64,000 nucleotides of DNA from Euglena gracilis (Eukaryota), in the NCBI GenBank assembly GCA_039621445.1, contig CP154954.1, positions 13,868,387 to 13,932,386 on the forward strand. The letters run 5' to 3'. The number at the start of each line of letters is the position of its first letter. Position 1 is the first letter of the stretch. Of the stretch, positions 28,801 to 37,800 are shown piece after piece. The notes under the pieces were generated by a model. It did not search any database, was not told where the DNA came from, and saw only the letters and a list, made by a program, of their open reading frames with translations. The translations under genes were made by a program, and so were the position numbers.

Positions 28801-31800
28801 TTTAGCACTGCTAAAAAAAAATATCGAACTCTGATGTGCCGGATAAAAATATGAACACTGAATCACCAGACGGCATTGCATCCCAGACTGCCTCCGCCTT
28901 GACGGGTTCCGGCGGTGTGGGAAGGGAACCTGACAGGTAGGGGGAATTGGATGGGAAGCAGCGGGTGCTGAGAGGCACGCCACAAGCGTGGGGGGACACG
29001 GCCAGGGACGGGACCTGGACCTAAGACCTGGACCTGGGATCCGGGACCCCTGGAACTGGGTCCTGGGACCTGGACCTGGACCTCGACCTGGGATAGCCTG
29101 GGACACGGCCAGGGACGGGACCTGGACCTAGGACCTGGACCTGGGACCAGGGACCCCTGGAACTGGGTCCTGGGACCTGGACCTGGACCTGGGATCTGAG
29201 GCCCCTGGAACTGGGTCCTGGGACCTGCACCTCGACCTGGGACAGCCTGGGACACGGCCAGGGACGGGACCTGGACCTAGGGCCTGGACCTGGGATCCGG
29301 GACCCCTGGAACTGGGTCCTGGGACCTGGACCTGGACCTCGACCTGGGACAGCCAGGGACTTGGACCCGGCCAGGGAGAGGATCTAGAGATTTACTGGTG
29401 GGAGGGGTGGCGTCTGCCGAGCCAAAGACTGACTGAGTGGAACCGGAGGCGGGTGGCAGCTGATGCTGAGACAGGTACGGATGGATTGGAACTGGAGGAG
29501 AAGGGAGGCAGCGGATGCTGAGACAGGTACGGATGGATTGGAGCTGGAGGGGAGGGGAGGCAGCTGATGCTGAGACAGGTACAGATGGATTGGATTTGGA
29601 GGGGAGGCAACTGATGCTGAGACAGGTTCAGGAGGAGAGAGGGAAATGGATGCGTCAGGGTTGGACGAAGGGGCAGGGTCGGAAGAAAACGGATGCTGGA
29701 ACGAACACCGCAAAGGAAACAGACAGGGGAAACAAGTAAGGCTAAGGGATTGGGCTGGGGCAGGAGTGTGGGGAAATAAATATGAAGTGAGAGCGAAGGC
29801 GATAGAGGGTGCACCAGCGGCACTGACCAAACCATTCAGCTTGTTTGCAAACCATTTGGCTGACTGAAAAAATTCGCGAGCTATTTGGGGACGTTAATGT
29901 AGGGTTTAGTATTCTGTGGTACGAAAAGCTGGGATTGGAGGCATTGCACCCACAAATTTAACAATAAAAAATACCAGGCTGCTGCGGCTCAAACATTTTA
30001 GTTTGTCTGGGATAGAAGAAGGTTGGAGTGGGAAAAAAAACAGGCCATCTGCGAGGCAGGCCATGGGAGATGCAGTGCTGAAACGGCTGGAAACCAGTGT
30101 ACACTGACGTATGCATGGGATATATTCACCTCGGGTGAAATGGCCATCCCGTTTGTTGTCATTTTCCACGAAGAAAAGAACTTTCGCCAGGTAGAGGTTT
30201 TGGGAGCATGGCCCCGCCAGGTGCCGAGGTTAAAACAGAATGCCACACCAACTTCGAACTCGTGGACTGGTGGGCTCGTGGACTGGCTGTGGTAGACTGG
30301 CATTTTTTTGTTATAAAAAAATGGAGCTCAATCTTGCAGAGCATCATAATCACATACGAAATGAAAAAGCATCCAACCGAACGCCGGTAATTGGTTGGGC
30401 TTGAAAATGCCGCCATAGGAAAGGAATTAGGTCAGACTATGACTGCCCGTTAGCGACGGCCAGTGTTTGCTGAAAAGTTGACAACAAGCAAACTGGGTAG
30501 GCACAAATTCAATTGAGCGCACTGAAAAACGGGCAACAACCAACTTCCATAGGGCAGTTTCGAAGGGACAAAGCGTGAATACAAACATTGGTTGTGAGAA
30601 ATAGAAACTAAAAAAGGACAATAAGTGAGAAGGCATTGCGTTCCGATGGCATCCATCATTGTGGAGCGGGAAAAAATGTATACGAAGGGAAGAAAAAAAA
30701 ATGCGGGGGTTGTCGTACTCTTGGCCATCTTTCCTGACAGTTGGTAGGAAAGATGTTCACCACCCCGCTGACGGTGAAGCGGTACGACGTCGGGGTGGTC
30801 ATACATACATACATACATACATACATACATACATACATACATACATACATACATACATACATACATACATACATACATACATACATACATACATACATAC
30901 ATACATACATACATACATACATACATACATACATACATACATACATACATACATACATACATACATACATACATACATACATACATACATACATACATAC
31001 ATACATACATACATACATACACACATACATGCATGCATGCATGCATGCATGCATGCGTGCGTGCGTGCCTGCGTGCATGCCTGCGTGCGTGCATGCATGC
31101 ATGCATGCATGCATGCATGCGTATATACATATATACATATAAACATACAGACATACATACGTATGGGTATGTTTCTATGTTTACAAGGAATATACAAAAT
31201 TTTGGGTATTATGTCGTCATCATTGTATCGGCGGTGTCATATGAATTCAGTATTCTGATAGCGTTGATCACAGAACATGAATTATAATACAGTGCCATCA
31301 TATTGTATTCAGAATACACGATACATCGCTCAAAAAAATGCATATTTGCTTATATTTTTCTCGATGTTTTTTTTTGTTTTTGAAAACACTGCTTTCCGCC
31401 AGGCAATCCATTACCTGTAGCCAAGGGGATAAAAATGAGCCTAATTCCTCATTCTCACTGAAAAATTGGCATCAAATAGTTATCAAAGTTGCGCGGTTGG
31501 CTGCGGTCGGCTGCAGTCGGCTGCGGTCGGCAACCCACCCATGACAGTCCTGAAACCCGCGGTCGGCCGCGGTCGGCCGCGGTCGGCTGCGGTCGGCTGC
31601 GGTCAGATTTTGAGATTTTTCTGGCTCATCTGGCTCATGTTGTCACTTTTGGCCACTTTTGGCCATTTTAGGTCGCTTTTGTCACATTTTGGCCCATTAG
31701 TCACCATAATTCCCCCATTTTGACCTATTTTGACCTTTTTGGGCCACTTTTTGCCACTTTTTGTAATTTTGGGCCATTTTGTCGCTCTTGGGCCATTTTG

Positions 31801-34800
31801 GGCCATTTTTGACGATTCAAGCCATTTTCGACCTTTTTTGTTATTTTTGCCCATTTTTTGGTCTCTTTTTGGTCCAATTTGACCATTTTTGAGCATTTTG
31901 TGCCAGTTTGTTGCCAAAAGTGAACAAAAGCTGCTAAAGTGACCAAAATTGGCCAAAAGCAGGGCCATTTTGGGCCATTTTTGGCTTTTTTGGACCACTT
32001 TTGGCATTTTTTTTTGTTTTTGTCTGTTTTTGGTAACTTTTTGGTCCATTTTAATCATTTTTAACCATTTTTCGCCAGGTGCGGCTTCTGGAGTCGCAAA
32101 AACAGTGGCCAAAGCAGCCTTTCTTTGGCCTCTTTTGCCCACTTTTGGCCATTTTAACCATTTTTGGCCACTTTTAGGCCATATTTTAAGTCACGTTTGG
32201 CTGCTCTTGATGTGAAAAGCAACAAAAAGACGTTTAAAGTGGCCTGAAAGTGGCCAGAAGTGGGTAAAAATGGTCAACAGCAGAGAAAAGTGGGCAAAAG
32301 AGGCCAAAAGTGGTCAACAGAGGTCAAAGAAAAGCAAAAGCTGGCCAAAAGCAGCCAAAACACAGCAAAAAGTGGGCAAAAACAACAAAAGTGACCAAAA
32401 GAAAGTGATATATGCTCATTTATTGTTGGCCTGCCCCCCACCTACGGCCGACTATTTTGCCGACCGCAGCCGACCGCAGCCGACCGCAGCCGACCGCAGC
32501 CGACCGCAGCCGACCGCGACCGACCGCAGCCAACCGCGGGCTAAAATTTGGAATCTGTCATACGTGCTTGCCTGTAGCCCCCACCTACAAACCCCTGGAT
32601 TCAAAAGACATCTGGTCAGCGGAAAGCCGTATTTTATAAGTCAAGGGTTTGTCAAACCCCCAAAGCAATCCCAACCCCCCTCCAGATTTTGTCAGAATTG
32701 TGTTTTTTGATCATGTTCAGTCATGTAAAAATTGCCAGAACAATCAGTTTTTAGTGGGTTTCGGCAAAATGGCGTCCCCGGGATTTTCATTTTCTTCATG
32801 GTTCACGTCTTTTGGTTGGGGGGTTATGAGTGTGAGGGTTCCATTATCGTGCATGCATTCATGCAGTTTCACATGTGCAACATTCCGGGTATGTGGAATA
32901 TTCTGAACTTCAACCCCCCCCCCCTCTACCGGCCATCTGCCGGCAGAATCCTCTCTCGGGCCCTGGGGCCGGCTGCAGCTACCGCGTCAGCTACACCTGC
33001 CTGGGCGACGGGGTGGGCCAGCCCCCTCCTTGCACATCCTTGGCAGATTTTTGGAACGTTTTTGAATGGGTGACTGCGCTGTTAGTTTCAACGAAGGATG
33101 CATTTTTGATTTTATATATTTTTGTGGTCAAAGACCTTTTTCTGGATATTCTTTTCCAAAAATTGGAACTGGATCTTGGCCAGGGTTCGATATAAGGAGG
33201 GCGTACATGGTTTAGGTGGGGGGGTGTCCCCCCCACCCTCCTGGCCTGCAGGGGGGGTCCGGACCACCCCCCCCCCACCTGCAAGGGGGGTCCGGACCGA
33301 CCCTCGGGGGGTACCAGGGACCCCCCCCAAAAAAGGGTCAAATTTTTCCTCCGGCGCTTTGCGCCGAAAATTTTTTGCATTTTTGGCCATTTTTTGCCCA
33401 AAAAGTGCCCAAAATGGCACTTTTGGTCGTTTTGGGGGGTCAGAATTTTTCGGCCCGGCGCTTCGCGCCGGGCCGAAAATCGGTCGACCGCGCCACTGTT
33501 TAGGTGGGGGGGTGTCCCCCCCCCCACCCCCCCCCCCCCCCCCCCGCGGGGGGGGGGGTCCGGCCCCCCCCCCCCCCTCCTCTCCTTATATCGAACCCTG
33601 ATCTTGGCTCGGTGGCTTGCTTACAGAATTGTCGAAGGGATTGTTCCCCTCCCCTAAGGCCGGTTGTACGTCGTCCAACTAGCAGGTTTTTTTCAACCCT
33701 GTACCCATGCCCACCGATGAATTTCAATGCCTAGTCACCAAAGGGTGACTGGACGAAAGCAGCCTTGCTGAAGCTGCGTTTTTTTCCTTTATAATTTTCC
33801 ATTTTCCCATAAAAATGTAGTACATTTTGGTTTAGAATTTAGGGGGTCCACCTGCCTCATCCGGAAAAGGCGAATGGCAGCAAGGAAATTTGCACACACA
33901 AAATTTTTATTTTCAAATTCAATTCAAATTTTTACCAATTGGCCCAGTTTCGACCCATTTTGTCCTGAGTGCGAAAAATTTGACTTATCCTCTGCCCCAA
34001 TAGAGGAAACAGAAATACTGCACATTTTTCAAACCAAAAGAAATATTTTGAGAAGTAACAAATTCCCCCCCAAAAAAGAAGTGCGAGAAAGTTTCACTCC
34101 CGGTCAATTTCCCCCCCAATTTGATCAAATTTGACCAATTTGAGCCCGAAGTGAGGCATGATGTGCCCCCCTTGTCCAATGACTGGGATTGTCCAACAAC
34201 CTCCCCAGTCAGATGCGATCGTTTTGTGTGTGATGTCGGTTCGATCAGTGTAGGACAAATTGTTGATATAATTTGTTTCACAGAAGCTTGTTTTGTAAAT
34301 TTTTGGGGTGACAACCACTGAAAACACAAAAAGGGCACGGAAAAGGGCTGAATGCCCCCCCCCCCCCCAACCCCCCCAATGGACATGGGTAAAATGACTA
34401 AAATTGATGTAAGTGTGCAAGATTGCGACAAACGACCGAGATTTTGCTTAAAGTTGGCCAAAAATATGGGCAAAAGCTTGCTTAAAGATGCCAAAATTGG
34501 GCAAAAACCGCCCAAAATGGCCGTCTCTGGTCAATTCTCTTTGCTGATTTAGCCCCCCCCCCCCCTGTCTAACGGCCACCCCCCTGGTGGGAGACGAACA
34601 TTGGCTGTTTTTGCCACCACCCAAGAAAAACCTTCACCTTTCAGGTGGCAAATTGCCCAATAAAACGGCATCAAAATATTTGTGATGAAGTTTGTTATCG
34701 CCTCATTCACAGGAAGTTTCTGTTCTGGACATGGTCAAACATAGTGCCATAGTCGCCATGTGAATTTTAAAGATATTTCCTCCTGGCACATTCACCCATG

Positions 34801-37800
34801 TTGGTGTTGCCCAAGAAGGGCGCTGGCCGGCAACCTTTCCTCCCGTCTGGAAGGGCTGAACAAGAAGTTCGGGCTCAGGCTGCCCCATACCCCAACTCAA
34901 AAAAAGCTGGGTTGAGCAATTCCAAGCAGCCAGCAGGTCTAAAAACCAAGAGCTTGCATGCACCCCCCCGGTCGGAGGACACCTTTTCGGAGACTTTTCC
35001 AGATTTTTTTTGGCCTGGCGCCGAAAAATTTTGAACCCAAAATAGGCCAAAAATTGACCAGAATGTTATTTTTTGGCACTTTTTGGGCAGAAATTGGCCA
35101 AAATCGCCCAAAAAATTTCGGCGCAAAGCTCCGAAAGGAAAATTTGGCCATTTTGGGGGGCGTGGGGTACCATGCACCCCCCCCCCCCCGGTTGGAGGAC
35201 ACCCTTTTGGTCCCAGTCCCATGTCCAACGACCACCCACCGGTCGTTGAACAAAGGGGGGGGGGTAGTTTCTTCATCGGAAGCCAAGCTTGATGTTTACA
35301 AGTTGAGGTGTTCGGGATAGTATCCGATGATGCGGGGTGAAATGCACTGGTGGTTTCTGGCCTTCTGTTTCTCTCCCCACTCTGCTGTGCATCGCTCATC
35401 TATTTCCCTTGTCTAAGGTTATGATATTTTTGTATTTTTCAGGGTGAAGAACATTTTTCCAGGCATGGGGGAAGGGGGTAAATACGTGGCTCATTTCTCT
35501 GATTTCTGCAATTCCACACGCGGCAAGAAAAAGCCCATTGAAGGTAAAACAGAAAAAACCAGGAAAAAGTTTCAAGGACAAAGTGCATTTTCCATGCAGT
35601 CAGTTTTGATGCGGTTGAAGATGATAATTTAGCTTTTTTGCTCTTTGTAGGTTGACTTGCTGTTTTGGGAAGTTGGGAACACATATTCTACAGCTTTTCC
35701 GAAAATTTGGCATCGACAACCAAGTGCAAATCCATATGTGTTTTTATCATCCAAAAAATTGTTTGAAAACACGAGGGCAAAACACCCAGGAAAGGTTGTC
35801 GTTTTCCAGCCTGTGACGTTGTCATCTCGCCCGAGCGTTTTTGCCTGATCCAGCCCTCACATTCTCGAGGTTTTTACCTCGGTTTGTGCCCACTTGTCAG
35901 GAACCACCTTCTGTGGGGGGGGGTACGCATTGCCAATGCTCAATTCTCAGGGTTTTCCTTTTTTTTTTATCCCAGAATATCCGCTTCAGGGCGTCGCTCA
36001 AGCTGAAGTGAACCTCATCCTCCCCAAGCCGATTTTTTTCCGGTCCCGGACCCCCTCTCCTCCCCATCAACGAGGTTTTTAAATTATTTTCCAGCCATCC
36101 TTTGGGCGGCTGGACGGTAATGGATTTTTTGTTTTTTCTGGTGCAGAAATGGGCCAAAAATGGGCCAAAATCGGGCAGGGCAACATTTGGATGAAAAAAA
36201 TCAATCAACCTTTTTTTTTTTTGCATAATTGGCAGCTTTTTGGGGCGTTTTTGGAGTTTCGATTTTGGCACCCGGTTCGACACTCAGACTGGCCCAATTC
36301 GAGCCCCGGGACTCCTATGGGGGGGTCCTCTGAGCTCCCCCTCCCTGGGGTCACTCAGTGAGACCTGATTCCGCTCGAGGTCAGGTGCAGCGTCCGGAAA
36401 TGGGGTCAGGAGGCGGGGTCTTTGTTTGGAACTGGGTTGTCACTTGGACACCCTGTTCTTCATGTCAGTGCTGGGGGGGGGTCGGGGATGGTGGAGGTGG
36501 CGGGGGGGGGGGGGCGACACTCTCCCACGTGAATGTGGAGGGGCAGCCTGCCAGTAACCTACATTTGTGTCTCCCAGTCCACATTTGAGGCGTGTCCAGA
36601 GGATTTCCATTTCAGGCAGCTGGCAAAGGTGACGGTGCCCGGCAAGGCTGCCCAGGCGCCGAGACTCCGACAGAGTTCTCCCCACCCAATTTACCTCGGT
36701 ACAGCTATCAGGTCCGCTGGGCCATCGCCCCCACAAGGCCTTAACCTTCCAGTGGCAGTCATATAAGGTCAGGCTAACTCCAGTTTCTGATGATTTTGAA
36801 GGGCTCGAATTTGTATGCCTTTTTCAAGCGGCCAAGCCATTTTTTTGTACCTTCGAATCATCTTCATTCTTTCTGACGCAGAGGGCTTTGGCATTCCATT
36901 TGCTGCTTCTCAATTTGGTATTGTTGACGTGCTGTACAGTTGGAAGCCAACCCTTTCCCGGGGACTTCATGCAAGGTTTTGTTGTGCAGTGGCCTCTCAT
37001 ATTTAATGCCAACCTTCGGGGAGGAACCCCTGGAGAGTTTTTTAGAAATTTTGACCCAAAATTGAAACCTAAACTGGTTGCCCCTTCCGAGACCCAGGGG
37101 CACCCCGTATGGGGTGGGTGGTGAGTACCAACCCCTCCCTCCCCTTTGGGTCCTTATTATTAAAATATTAATTATATTAAACACATAATAGTGCATGTAT
37201 TAATTGGATAGGAATACACATAATGTGTTAATTATGAATTGATATATTAAATACACTAAACCTGGGGCAGTTTAAGATTTTATTTTCCATTTTGTTTGGC
37301 CCCTGCCAGGGAGGTTCTTTCCGTGTACGAGGTGCTATGCACGTACATGGGGTACGCCGCGGCACAAAGCCCAACGGCGTCCGAGCTTCCCGGGGCGGTC
37401 AGCATGGACGTGGAGGAAATGGAGCACCCAAGGGAGATTTACAAGCCTGTCAAGTCACCATCCAGGGATTTCAATGCTCGCTTTGCCATCCCCCGATCAC
37501 ATTCTTTTTAGCTTCAGCCTTCTCAGCCATTCACACATTTGTTCAAATTTGGGATATGTCACCTTAAAAAAACAATTTCAATATTGCTTCATGATGACCT
37601 CGGTTCACGTTCTTCTGTGGTCAAGCAGCTTTGGACAGTGTGCAAACGTTTTCACCGCCTTGAGAAATTGGCGCATTAAATGAAGACAACAGTGTTGAAA
37701 GTCATCGAAGGATTCAAAAGAGTAGGGAGGTGATACCATTTGGATGCGTACACCCAGCTAACAGATCGACCAACATCCAGATGAGCTTCTGATCCTCCCC

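Noticed and set aside
28993-29630. CRISPR-like repeat-spacer array
   Set aside because: The intervening sequences are similar to one another, there are no cas genes, and the context is eukaryotic. It is a minisatellite.
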